A stretch of DNA of 64,000 nucleotides, from the NCBI RefSeq assembly GCF_021028975.2, contig NC_059425.1:57412001-57476000 (forward strand). The letters run 5' to 3'. Positions 1-11,369 of this stretch are shown here, one piece after another; position 1 is the first letter of the stretch; the number at the start of each line of letters is the position of its first letter. The notes below the pieces were generated by a model. The model searched no databases. It was not told the origin of the DNA and saw only the letters and a program-made list of their open reading frames with translations. A program made the position numbers and the translations under genes. The DNA comes from Sphaerodactylus townsendi (Eukaryota).

Positions 1-1201
1 TTTTTCCAGAGCTCCCCAAAATATCCCAGTTTTTCTGTTCAAAAATTGTTTAAAAGATACAGAAGAATTCTCACTCTCAGTTCCCCCCTTCCCCCCTTAT
101 CTCAGATGTTGCTCAGGATGCTGGTAAAAAGCCAAGTAAGCAGTTAAACTGTTTTTAATGAATGTGGCTTTTTCACATCTACTTTATGACCTTAATTACA
201 GTGGATAATATGTAGGGAAAAACAACTCTGCATTTAGGACACTTTCTACATATGCCCAAAGAGGCTGGCCCAGAGGTATAAAATCCTCTGCATCTAGCTG
301 CTATGTGAAGGCCATCTCTTCCTTTGGGAGACAGTAAGAACGGACCAGGCACCTCTGCCCTACAGAAGTATCTTTCTCTGAGAGCATCCAGGTGACAATG
401 ACATTGATCATCTTTATTGCATTGTAGACATCAGAAAATGTCTTTCCTTGCCAATTTTTTAGGAGAATTTACTTTCTTTCATGCCTTAATTTGTTACGTT
501 AAGATAAAAGTTCCATACCGACAAATATTGTTCTCCACTATTATTAAACTTTTGGAAAGAGTGTCAAAGAGCATATCAGTAGTAACAAATGTGTCTTTTA
601 CAAATGAGTCACATGGCCTTTGCCTCCACCTTCTGGTTCGACATAGTTATTACATAAGAAATCTGACACAATTGCCCATTGTCTGTTTGTATTTGTGTGT
701 GTGTTTTTCAAATTGGCGTCCATATTTTGCGCCTGGAGAAAAGCAATTGAGATGCACTTGCTGTTGAATAAAAACAAACAACCACTCACTAAAATCAAGT
801 TGCCTTGGGCATGTTGAGAGAAGGTGAAGGACACAACAAAAACAAGAGCAGACTGAATGGAAACTGTGCATCGCTGGTAGAGCAAATATGCATTTCCTTT
901 TCCTTCCAGGCTAATTTTATTTTTATATTTATGTGAGAAATTTAAAAAATGAGGATTAATCACACAAACTAGAACTCCCCAGTACTTTTAAACGTTTGGT
1001 ACAGAATACACAGAGAAAATCTCTCTGGGATTTGGCAGAGGGAGGGTTGTGTTTTTATTTTCTTCTGTGTGTACATGACATTTTTCATTTTTAAAATTTT
1101 TCTTCTTTTGTGTGTATGTGACAATTTTCTTGCCAGAGCAATCTGGGCAGCTGTTTGCATTGTGGAATAACTACAGTGATATCTACAAACATTTGAAATA
1201 C

Positions 1202-1282
1202 TTATTTATTTTATTTATTTTTATTTATTATTGCATTTTTATACCGCCCTCCCCCGGAGGGCTCAGGGCGGTGTACAACATT
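1202..1282 (-). mobile_element. L2-type LINE 3' tail fragment
   Basis: (TTTA)n followed by ataccgccctccccggagggctcagggcggtgtacaa. The same tail recurs at ~5205-5283, ~51195-51268 and ~61634-61708. Confidence 0.6.
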
Positions 1283-1469
1283 AACAACAGACAATAAAAA
1301 GATAAAAATAAATTAAGACTTAAAATGCAGCATTCAGCATTATGTCTCTTTGACCACACAATGAATGTTTTAAGTCTTTTAGCACCAAATTTGTGCCATA
1401 ACATCTGTTGATAGAAATTTGATAGAAATTTTAAAAAGCAGCTAAATTGCAACACAACCGTCTTTTCAA

Positions 1470-1473
<4 letters not shown>

Positions 1474-1531
<58 letters not shown>
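1474..1531. repeat. (CA)n microsatellite
   Basis: Pure AC dinucleotide run of about 58 nt. Confidence 0.97.
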
Positions 1532-1532
<1 letters not shown>

Positions 1533-2208
1533 GTTTCTTGCTATGTAATGTGATGGGTGCATGCTTAATTTTCTATTTAAGACAAAAGGGTGTTATGTTA
1601 TCATCATGAATTTATTTTAAAAAATAGCATACTTTTCCAGCAAAGATTATGGAGTTTGTCACTTTTTCCTCTTCACTTATGAATAGTGATAGTCTTTTTC
1701 AGAACAAGTGCTAATACAATATTTTAGAAAAAAAAATTCTATAAATAAAAATAGTCTTTTCTTCTTTGTGTCACATATTGTATTAGCGTAAGCATTTTGA
1801 TAACATTTTACATTTTGTTTTCATACTGCAATCTTGTTGGACTTCAACTACTTGAGTGCTCCTCATATATAAGCACTCACACTTCTAATTTGACACTTCT
1901 TAATTTGTTCCTTGCCTTCAATTGGAAAATATTTGTCTCTTATTCCTAAAAGACAGCAATATTGTTCTTTTGTGATTTTTTAAAAGTCCTAGTCTTTTTC
2001 CGGGTCTTTGTCCAGACGTATTCCACGCCCAAATCTTGTAACTATTGGTGCTGGCACCCTTGGGAGTGATTAGGATTATGGGTGGGTTTGATGATATTTT
2101 TTTGTATCTATGATTAGATACAGAAAACTTAAAAATTGATATTCTCATGCTGCCCCACTGAAATCCACTCACTATGGAATTCTCTGCGATTTCAATGGAT
2201 CTTTAGTA

Positions 2209-2293
2209 TATTGTCGAAGGCTTTCACAGCCGGAATCAGCTGACTGTTGAGGGTTTACCAGACTGGGACAGCTTGGAAAACCCACGATAGCCA
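2209..2293. mobile_element. Short Penelope-like terminal fragment with a small inverted arrangement; no ribozyme core
   Basis: tattgtcgaaggctttcacagccggaatca is the same terminus as at 27705 and, inverted, at ~37245-37268 and ~46632-46658. Confidence 0.6.
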
Positions 2294-2802
2294 GATCTTG
2301 TATTCTTCTATTTGTAGAGTGAAGATGATACAGCATTCTTTTTCTGCATCCATTTCAGGCCTATACTTCAGGAGAAAATTCTTTGCCTCAGTTGGAAATG
2401 GAAATAAATTCTTAAATCAGGTTGACCTTGTAAGATTGTTGTTATTGTAGAATGTTAGAGGTAGCCTCAACAGGACGGAGTAATTGGGTGACTTGGTAAC
2501 AGTAGAACCTAACCTGTGGCACAGCTCGGTGGACTTTGCCTTGAAATGCATGTTCTTCATCAGTGGTGGCGCTGTTACCCAGGTTGTGTACCTGCTTTGT
2601 ATTTCTTTTGAGGGCATTCATTTTCTGTTACTAATGCATAACTAAAGCTACATCTGTTTACATCAGTTCCTGTGGTACAGGTTGCTTGGATGTGAGAATG
2701 TATAACTGCATGTGTGAGTGATGTGTGTCAGAGACTTGGTGTATTTGAAGATTTTTGTGGTCGATCTGTGTTTTAATAAAATGATTAATCTTTCTTTTCT
2801 AG

Positions 2803-2913
2803 ATTTTTACCAGTTACATTGACTTGTTGTATCCCACAGAAGATAGAAATGATCGGTTAAAAGACTCCTATTTCTTTAACTGTGATTGTAGGGAATGCAT
2901 TACTAAAGAAAAG
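2803..2913 (+). CDS. SMYD2: SMYD2 coding exon (approx. exon 8; end of SET domain and post-SET cysteines)
   Basis: Translates IFTSYIDLLYPTEDRNDRLKDSYFFNCDCRECITKEK, matching SMYD2. Acceptor ttctag at 2797-2802, donor gtaatt at 2914; 111 nt, phase 0/0. Confidence 0.96.
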
Positions 2914-4518
2914 GTAATTTTATCTAACCAACTTGCATACTTTGTTATATAAGTGTGTCATAATCTCCCTTCAAAGATTCTATGCATTCTTCATCTCATT
3001 TTCATCATCATTTATTGATGCTTTGAGCTTTTTTGGAAATGGGTCAAAATGAAACAAATATTGATATGGTGTTTATATAAGTTTGGCCTAAGAACAGATA
3101 TGTGACATAATGTGCCTATTATTTCCAATTTCTATTTGTGCAACCGAGTCCAAGTGATTTATCCAAGGTCAGCCATTATGTGCGTGACTGAGATGAGATT
3201 TAAATGCAGTTTCAAGTCAACCATACATTCCTCCCCTCCTTATTTAGGTTTTGCCCACCATTTCTTTCTTAAGGTCTCAAATACAATGAGAAAGCTTCCA
3301 AAATAATTTCACAGTAACTGCCTAAATGTCAAAATCTTATTGTTTGTTAGCAATATGCAATATTTTTAAACTTGTTGTAGCAAGTTGTATAAAGGAGAAT
3401 TTTTCAGTTCCTAGTAGTTTGTGGCAAGTATTTCTTTTAAGGCCATTTAGCACAATTTGTTCAGGCATGAAGATCAAACAGAGTCCCAATTGTCTTCTCT
3501 GTTTCAAAGAGTCTTCTTCAATGCCTTGATCTACCAGAATTTTACTGTGCATAATAAAGTATATTACACAACAATTCACAAGCTATTATAGCAGATCACA
3601 TAAAAAGCTTACTCCAAGAGCTTCCATACTTAAAGAGACCAAAAATCAGCCTGCTGTTCTCTTTCAATTGTAGAACTTGGTTTCCAGGAACTCTCTTTGC
3701 ACCTGTGTGCTTAAAATGGCATCCTAGAAGGCTAGCTAACCTGAGTAATATAAAATGACAGGAGATTCAACAGGTGTGTCCCATGGATTACTTAACATGT
3801 GAAACTGAATGACATATAAATGTGTGGGTTCATAAAGATAAATATTATCAATGTAAGAGTCTAACCCTTACCTTAAATGGTTCAATAAATATTACTTCTT
3901 GTTTAAGAAACAAGACTTTAAAAAGCTGCTTTAAGCTTGGTCTGATTTTTCCCCATATATGCTCATGACCATTGATGGCTAATTCTGGGGGAAAAAACCA
4001 TGTTGCTTTAGCTGTACAATAAAATGGTATAATTAAAATGCCTATTTGATTATTGAGGGAACATTTTCCATTTGATTTTTCTAGCTTCAATACATTATGT
4101 TTGGTATTTCTACATGTTTCACGTGTTGTCTTTCATTTTGGTATACTATTGCTAAGTTCTGTGCAATCTGTTTTATGCTTCCTATAGACAGGTTTTGCAA
4201 AGGTGATTGGAAATTGTAATTTTCTCTCTCCCTTCTGAGCTCTGTGCTTGTGTCTGCTCCATTTAGCACAAAAATTAAGACGTCTGTGCACCCACAACAA
4301 TTTTCTAGATTTTTTTATGCTATACTTTTAAATACTGTTTTAGAAAAGGTGGGAGAAAATGGAGTCAAATGACAAGCTCTCCCTGCCCCCAGTTCTATTC
4401 TTCTAATCATTTGTGCTTCTTCATAGTTTTTTGTAGCTATTGTCAGATTCTGTGTGGGTCTGCTTTTTCTGTTAGAGCTAAAGCAGCTCTTCTACGTCTC
4501 ATGCAACTCTTTCCCCAG

Positions 4519-4639
4519 GACAAAGATAAACTTGAAATCCGCAAGGTGAATGAGCCTCCATCAGCAGAAGCTGTGCGAGATATGATCAAATATGCCAGAA
4601 ATGTGATTGAAGAATTCAGGAGGGCCAAACATTACAAAT
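4519..4639 (+). CDS. SMYD2: SMYD2 coding exon (approx. exon 9)
   Basis: DKDKLEIRKVNEPPSAEAVRDMIKYARNVIEEFRRAKHYK plus T. Acceptor ccccag; followed by U12 donor ATATCCTTT at 4640; 121 nt. Confidence 0.96.
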
Positions 4640-4769
4640 ATATCCTTTGGTGCTCTTGGTTCTCTGTCTTTCTGTAAAATGGAACTTTACATTAGCAGCC
4701 TCATTTTGTTGGTGAACAGAAATGAAATTCTCTCTGGCATATGCTCTTTGTGTAGGGAGCTGGTTCATT

Positions 4770-5283
4770 TAAATAGGGACCGTCTTTCCCCCTATGTCCC
4801 ACTTTGTGCTCAGCAGAGGCCAGTTTACTGGTGGTCCCTGGCCCCTCTACAATACGTCTGGCCTGCACCCAGGCTAGGGCCTTTAGTGCTCTGACCCCTG
4901 TCTGGTGGAACTCACAACCATGTTCCGTTAATGCCCTGCGGAACCTTAAGGAGTTCCGCAGGGCCTGCAAAATGGTTTTGTTCCACCGGGCCTTTGGTGG
5001 TTTTGGTGGAGAGACAGCCATAGAAAGGTTGCCGCTTCTATTGTCCAATTGACACGCTGGAACATCATCTTAACGAGCCCCCTTGACATGTATTGTATGA
5101 TTAGTGCCATCTGATTATTATATTATCATATGTTAAAATTAGTATTTTGGGATTTTAAATGATGGTTTTAAGTTATCTAACTGTTTACTGTTGGTTTTAA
5201 ATATGTTGTACACCGCCCAAAGCCCTTTGGGGGTGGGCGGTCTATTAAATTTAAATTATAAGTAATAAAATAAAATAAATTAA
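4770..5283 (+). mobile_element. L2 LINE 3' end (ORF2 C-terminus, 3' UTR and tail), inside the SMYD2 U12 intron
   Basis: ORF 4804-5052 reads ...LLVVP...RAFSALTPVWWNSQP...FRRACKMVLFHRAF, like an L2 ORF2 C-terminus. Ends in a (TAAA)n tail. Confidence 0.8.
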
Positions 5284-5294
5284 AATGTATATAG

Positions 5295-5969
5295 CAGAGG
5301 TCGGGAACCCGCGGCTTGCGAGCCGCAAACGGCTCTTTACCACTTGAGGTGCGGCTCCCGGCATGGCTGCCCCTTTCTGCAGGGGAGAGGAGAGAAAAGC
5401 GGCTCAGGCCAGGCTGCTGCTGCGTGCTCCCCGTTCTAACGGGGAGTGCGTGGGATTCCCTCCGCGGCACCCAGCTCAGGCCGGGCCACTGTGGGGAGTG
5501 CGTGGGATTCCCTCTCCCCTCCCTACAGGGAGAAAAGCGGTGCCCAGCTGAGGCCGGGCTGCTGCTGCTCGCTTCCCTGCAGGGGAGGGGAGAGAAAAGC
5601 GGCGCCCAGCTCAGGCCGGGTCGCTGCTGCGCGCTCCCCGTTCCAACGGGGAGCTTGAGGGATCCCCTCCCCTGCAGGGGAGGGGAGAGAAAAGAGGCGC
5701 CCGGCTCAGGCCAAGTCGCTGTGCACGCTCCCTGTTCCAACGGAGCGCATAGGTTGGAGTGGAGAGAAAAGTGAAGCTGGCTCATGGCTCATGGATTCTT
5801 CAAGCAACACACTATAGTTGTTTGATACAAAGCGTAAAGGTAAAAAAACAAAATACGCAGTGTTATCTTCATTTTAAATGTCAAAAAGTATTTGCGGCTC
5901 CATGCGTTTTCTTTCCCTTGGAAAATGGGTCCAAATGGCTCTTTGAATGTGAAAGGTTCCCGACCCCTG
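5295..5969. mobile_element. Non-autonomous hAT (Charlie-group) transposon with GC-rich internal repeats
   Basis: TIRs cagaggtcgggaacc / ggttcccgacccctg. Perfect 8-bp TSD GTATATAG (5287-5294, 5970-5977). Confidence 0.9.
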
Positions 5970-6285
5970 GTATATAGAGTTCTACCAAATATGTTCTCTT
6001 TGGAACTGAACTTAGTGTAGGGGCGAAGTATGTAGAAATTCATTTTCAGCTGACTTCTTGAGTGTATTTACTGATGTGCTGCTGAGTGAACAAAAATGGG
6101 ATGGTTGTGGGGAGCTGCAAAAACTCTGCATTCTAGCAGGGAAACAAGCATCGCTGATCTAACACTTCCTTGAGACTTCAAGTGAGAGAAATCTGTTCCA
6201 GTCAGCCTTCAAGATATTTGTTAAATCACGTAGTTATTGATTTCCATAAAACTAGAAGATAAGTGGACCATCAGTCAGTATAGAG

Positions 6286-6423
6286 CAGGGGTCTTCAAAC
6301 TGTGGCCCGCCAGATGGTCATGGACTACAATTCCCATCAGCCCCTGCCAGCATGGTCAAGTGGTAGGGCTCATGGGAATTGTAGTCTATGAACATCTGGA
6401 GGGCCATAGTTTGAAGACCCCAG
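6286..6423. mobile_element. Palindromic hAT MITE (138 bp)
   Basis: TIRs caggggtcttcaaact / agtttgaagaccccag. 8-bp TSD GTATAGAG (6278-6285, 6424-6431). Confidence 0.9.
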
Positions 6424-7215
6424 GTATAGAGCCTCTAACCACATATTCTGAGATTGTCTTCTGGCTTTCTATATGCACACTCTCCTTTTTCAGCAAGGTT
6501 TAAACCCCAAGTATATTGACCTCTAGGGGCTCAGGCCTCTGGTGGCTTACCTGTTTATAATGTGCCTTTCTACCATAAAAGCCTTAAAGGGGGCAAATAT
6601 AAATAAAATAGGATAAAATTGAAAAGGGGTGAATGTTGTAAGCCCCTTGTCCCCAGTTGACAGAAAGCAGTATATAAATGAAGTAAATAAATAAACAAAG
6701 CCTTTACTAAAGAAATAACCAATTTCACGTTATTTTCAGCTTTAAATATTTGCTGTCTCTCTAATGATGCTAGTTTAGACTAATGGTCTATCTTGTCCTG
6801 CATGTTGTTTTCAAGAGGGCCTAGAAAAACCTAGGTGTTTCTGGAAATCCCTACAGCAGGTTGGAGCCAAACTTTCACAGAAGGCTTAAATTTAACCCTT
6901 AGTCACCAGCATCTGGTTTTAGACGTATTGGGCATCTGAACATGGTGAGGCTGTTAGGTATCATGGCTAATGGCTTTGCCACACTCACTTAAGCAGTGTG
7001 AAAATGGTGCAAAATGGTTTAAAACATTTTCACACCGCTGTTTTTGGCCTATGTGGAATCTGCCTTAGTATAACAGATGCCGGAGACCAAAAATGATGAT
7101 GGGTTGTATGCGTGTGTATGTGTTTTACATAGAAAGATCTCCTTCTAAAGGGACTGGTACAAAGTACTTGTCTTTAAGCTGTACGATCTGTAATATTCCT
7201 TGACTCTTAGCTTAC

Positions 7216-7390
7216 CCCCAAGTGAACTGCTGGAGGTTTGTGAACATAGCCTGGACAAGATGGGCTGGGTGTTTGAAGAGAGCAATGTGTACATGCTGCA
7301 CATGATGTATCAGGCCATGGGAGTCTGTCTCTACATGCAAGACTGGGAAGGTGCTTTACGCTACGGGCAGAAGATTATCAAACCATACAG
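7216..7390 (+). CDS. SMYD2: SMYD2 coding exon (approx. exon 10; C-terminal TPR-like domain)
   Basis: (S)PSELLEVCEHSLDKMGWVFEESNVYMLHMMYQAMGVCLYMQDWEGALRYGQKIIKPY(S). Donor gtaatg at 7391; 175 nt. Confidence 0.96.
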
Positions 7391-7622
7391 GTAATGTGTA
7401 ATTACAAAGAAATTTAGGAACAGTATAGTATCCAGAAGTACGTGTAATGCATCTTTGGTTTTAATCAAATAATGAGATCTAATTTAAGTAATGCTTCTGC
7501 CTATAGGCCAGCACTGTACAGAAATGAAATGACAATATCTTAAAGAATGCAAACATGTTTATTTCACAATCCCTCTGATGAATGTACATGTTCAGAAGCA
7601 GGGCTGTCATCTGAGTAAGAGC

Positions 7623-8668
7623 CAGAGGCGTATCTAGGCAACTGGAGCCTGGGGACAAAACCTGAATTTGGCGCCCTCCCGCCCCATATGGGCAGCCACC
7701 CTCCCCCATCACAACCAAACAATGATTTGTTTCACCAGCTCATAAAACACCTCCCATCCCCAGCAAAACATACATGGCTCTCTCCCCATCAACTCTCTTT
7801 CCTAATTTTGTCCTCACACCAACCCTGTGAGGTAGGTTGTTAGCCTGAGAAACAGCTCCAAGCCAATGCAAGTGTGTATTAAGCATGTAAATCTCTCACA
7901 AATCACCCCCAACAAAACATTTACCAAACAAATGTCAGCATCATCTCACACAAAACACCTCCAGTAGAATCCACCCCCAAACAGCATCACTTTCAATGGT
8001 GTTTAAACTAGGGAGCCCAAATTCTTTTAAATCCACCTTAAAGGGAGAATCTGGGGTCCCCAGTTAAAACAACATTGAAAGTGTTGCTGTTTTGGGGTGG
8101 ATTCCCCCCACCCTGAAACACCATCACTTTCAATGTTTAAACTGGGGACCTCACATTCTCCCTTTACATCCATGCCGAAGGGGGTGGATTTAAAAGGAGA
8201 ATCTGGGGAAATTTGGGGGGTGCCTGCTGTCAGGGGTGCAATTGTTAAGCTAGCAGCACCAAAATTTCAGAGTATATTTAGGAGACTCTCCTGATGATAC
8301 CACCCAGGTTTGGTGAAGTTTGGTTCAGTGGGTCCAAAGTTATGGACCCTCAAAGGTGTAGCTCCCATTTCCTATTAGTTCCCATTGGAAACAATGGGGG
8401 ATGGGGGCACCCCTTTGGGAGTCCATAACTTTGGACCCCCTGAACCAAACCTCACCTAACCTGGGTGGTATCATCAGGAGAGTCTCCTGAAAAATCCCTG
8501 AAATTTTGGTGCTGCTAGTCTAAAAACCGCGCCCCCTGCAGGCCGAACACTGAAAAAACACTAAAAAATAGGAAAAACACATAAACGAACCTGAAATTTT
8601 TGCGCCTTCCACTAGGGGGGCGCCCGGGGACATAGGGTACCCCATGTCTCTAGGCAAATACTCCACTG
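7623..8668. mobile_element. Non-autonomous hAT-type transposon (CAG[T/A]GGCGTA termini)
   Basis: Ends cagaggcgtatct ... aaatactccactg. Near-perfect 8-bp TSD GTAAGAGC/ATAAGAGC (7615-7622, 8669-8676). Contains internal palindromic modules. Confidence 0.85.
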
Positions 8669-9393
8669 ATAAGAGCCAATTTAGTGGATTAATCATATGG
8701 TTTGTCATGATTGCATACATTTGCATATGAATGAAGCAATAGATTTTGAAGAAAAGTATTTATTTTTAAATGATATGTGTTTGTATTGCGGCAGCACCAT
8801 TCTCTAGGAAGTTTCTTGTGCGTGAGAGAAGAGGTATGCCTTGTCTAAGGTGATCTCTGCTCTCTGTAGATTTTATACTGCACACCTTTTTAATTAATAA
8901 AAAACTTTTTAATAGATTAATTTTAGCTGATTTAATCAAGCAACACAGTACTATCTGGAATCTCATCTTGGTAAAAAATAGAAAGAGTCAACTGTTTTCT
9001 GGCAACATAGTAATACCTATCTTTCATCCCAATATACAAGATAATGTGGAAAAAAACAGACAAAGCCCACCAAAGTCTTGATACTATTAGGAAACCCTAC
9101 AGTGTTCTTTAGAGTGTAACAGACCCAAGAGAATCAGAGAAGTAGTGTGGATGGAACTTGCCTACAATGTCTGTCCTTGTGTATCAAATTCCAGTGACAC
9201 AGGAAGTAAATGTTTGATGATCATCATTGTGTGAGCAAGCCTTGGTGAGGGAAATTCTATATAAATTCAGCACAGTGACTTGGACTTCTACAGAAATCTC
9301 TCCCTAGATCTGTCTCCAAATATTCTTTTTGTGATTAGGGTATTGACCTCCACATCAGCTACTCTTCTTCATGGCTAGTCTGCTCTGAAGCCA

Positions 9394-9458
<65 letters not shown>
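9394..9458. repeat. Compound (TG)n(AG)n microsatellite, followed by a decayed SINE fragment
   Basis: Seen directly in the sequence. Confidence 0.95.
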
Positions 9459-9460
<2 letters not shown>

Positions 9461-10269
9461 CATTTATTCATTACATTTTCTTTATCCTACCCTTCCTCTC
9501 AGAAGCTCAACCCCTCCCTCCTTATTCTTACAACTGAGATGAGAGGGGGCTGACCTAAGATCACCCAATGAGCTTTATGGGTGAGTGAAGTTTCAAACTT
9601 AGGTCTAGTAAGACATTCTAACAACTGCTCCACAAGTCGCCACAAACACTTGGCATCTCTGACTTTCACTAGCTTAGCTTCTGTGAAGTCATGACTAGCT
9701 TGGCAAGTTCTGTTATCAAGAGGGGCAGGGAGGCGGTCTAAAATCAGAAAGCTGAATGTTAAAGGGGGTTCAGGGAGAGTTAGAATTTAAATGAAATTCA
9801 GGAATAGTTTTTCTTCATGTGATTTCAGTGAAGTATTTGCTAAATTGATATTCCTGTACTGGCTTTCAGGTTGCTGGAATAGCTTTTGACAGTAACAGAT
9901 ATAAGCGACTTCCAGTAGCTCAGGCTAGCTTATGGTTTCTTTCTGCAGTTGCCCTGTTTGTAGCTCCATAAAAGCCAAGTGCTGGTGCTGGTAACACCTT
10001 CTAATTTTTCCAGTTTTCCATCTATGGCAAGGGAGGCCACTTTCCTATCCCTCACATTCTCCTAAAGCTACAACAAGCTGGCCTCATTACAACTTATGGG
10101 CTTAATGATTCTGCTTCTTCCCAAACGTAGCACTGTAGTGCCAGAGTTTTTATATGGGTGGCCTCAGAGGAAAGAGGAAATAACCAAATATTACCGCCAA
10201 TGATTTTTTGCATAATTTTTTTTAAATTTTTCTGAATTGGGCTCTCCTGGTCATAGAAAACACGACTCA

Positions 10270-10452
10270 TCAAGGTGTTTTCAATTAATTGCAGCCCTGT
10301 GGCTTAATGACCTCCAAAATGTCCTGTCATTGACCAGTTTGCTCAAGTCTTGCAAATTGAAGGCCAGGCTTCCTTTCTTGAATCAATTCTCATCATGTTG
10401 GGTCTTTTGCCTGTTGTCTTCAACTTTTCCAAGCAATATTGTCTTTTCCAGC
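10270..10452 (-). mobile_element. RTE/BovB-type LINE 3' fragment
   Basis: The minus strand encodes a degenerate LEKTILLGKVE...DL..LV.DRTFWRSL, resembling an RTE ORF C-terminus. Confidence 0.65.
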
Positions 10453-11369
10453 GTGTGAAGAAAGTACATTCATTCCTTTAAGTTTACTTGGAGAGCTCAT
10501 TTATCTTGGATGGCAACCACTTAGTCGTAGATCATAAACAATGCAAACTTTTGGCATTCATTGAAGTTGTAAACTATGTTTGTGTTTACATAAACGGAAG
10601 TTGGATTTTACGAGACCATATCCTAACCCTGACAGATAAGCTTTAATTACCAAGAATGATCGAGTGGGAGTCATCTCCCTTGTTCTGGACTAGAGGAGCA
10701 GATGCCATAAAAACTCTGACGATGCTAAAGGAAACTCATTCTACGATTTATTCAAAGATTCATTCTAAGACTCAATTCATGCCTTCAACTGTATGGCCTT
10801 TTTAAAAATATTTGGAACTGTTTAGAGCTGAGAGAAACCTGTTTGTATTTTTTTTCTTTTCTTTTTAATAAACTTTTAAAAACTCAGCTGAGAGTATCTG
10901 GATTAAGGACCCTGTTCTCGGTACACTACTGGAAAAAGGGCCCCAGCTTAGGGCAACCCCTCTTTTCCTTCACACAGTAGTTCTTGCCTTTTCATAAATA
11001 TGACCAAAGTACAGTAGTCTCAGTTTAGACATGTTAGTTTCTAAGCAGAGTTCAGGCTTGTTTTGATCTGGAGCCCACTTATTTGTCTTTTAGGTAGTAT
11101 GTGTTTTCCGTATCACCACTTTTCCAATGTATTAATATAGTCAACACCTATCAGATCCTTGATGTTTTTATCTCCCTTCCTGTAGCCTTAATGTGAAAAT
11201 TCAGGTCATAGTTGAATGGCAAAATACATGGTTTTCATTGTAGAATATGAATTTCAATCTTTGACATTTCTGACTTCAGCGTGTTGGACCTGTAATGGTG
11301 GTGAGCTGCTGATAGTCACAGTACTAGAGAGACCAGTGACTTGATTTGGCTCAAGGCAGTTCCCGGATC

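Larger units (their letters stand above)
4640..7215 (+). other. SMYD2: U12-type (minor spliceosome) AT-AC intron of SMYD2
   Basis: 5' site ATATCCTTT (4640-4648), branch site TTCCTTGAC (7196-7204), terminal AC (7214-7215). Splicing gives AAA T|CC CCA AGT = K-S-P-S, restoring the SMYD2 frame. Confidence 0.94.

Noticed and set aside
5177-5785. 202-aa and 152-aa ORFs on opposite strands
   Set aside because: They lie in the GC-rich repeats of a TSD-flanked hAT element, have low-complexity repeated peptides, and show no recognisable domain.
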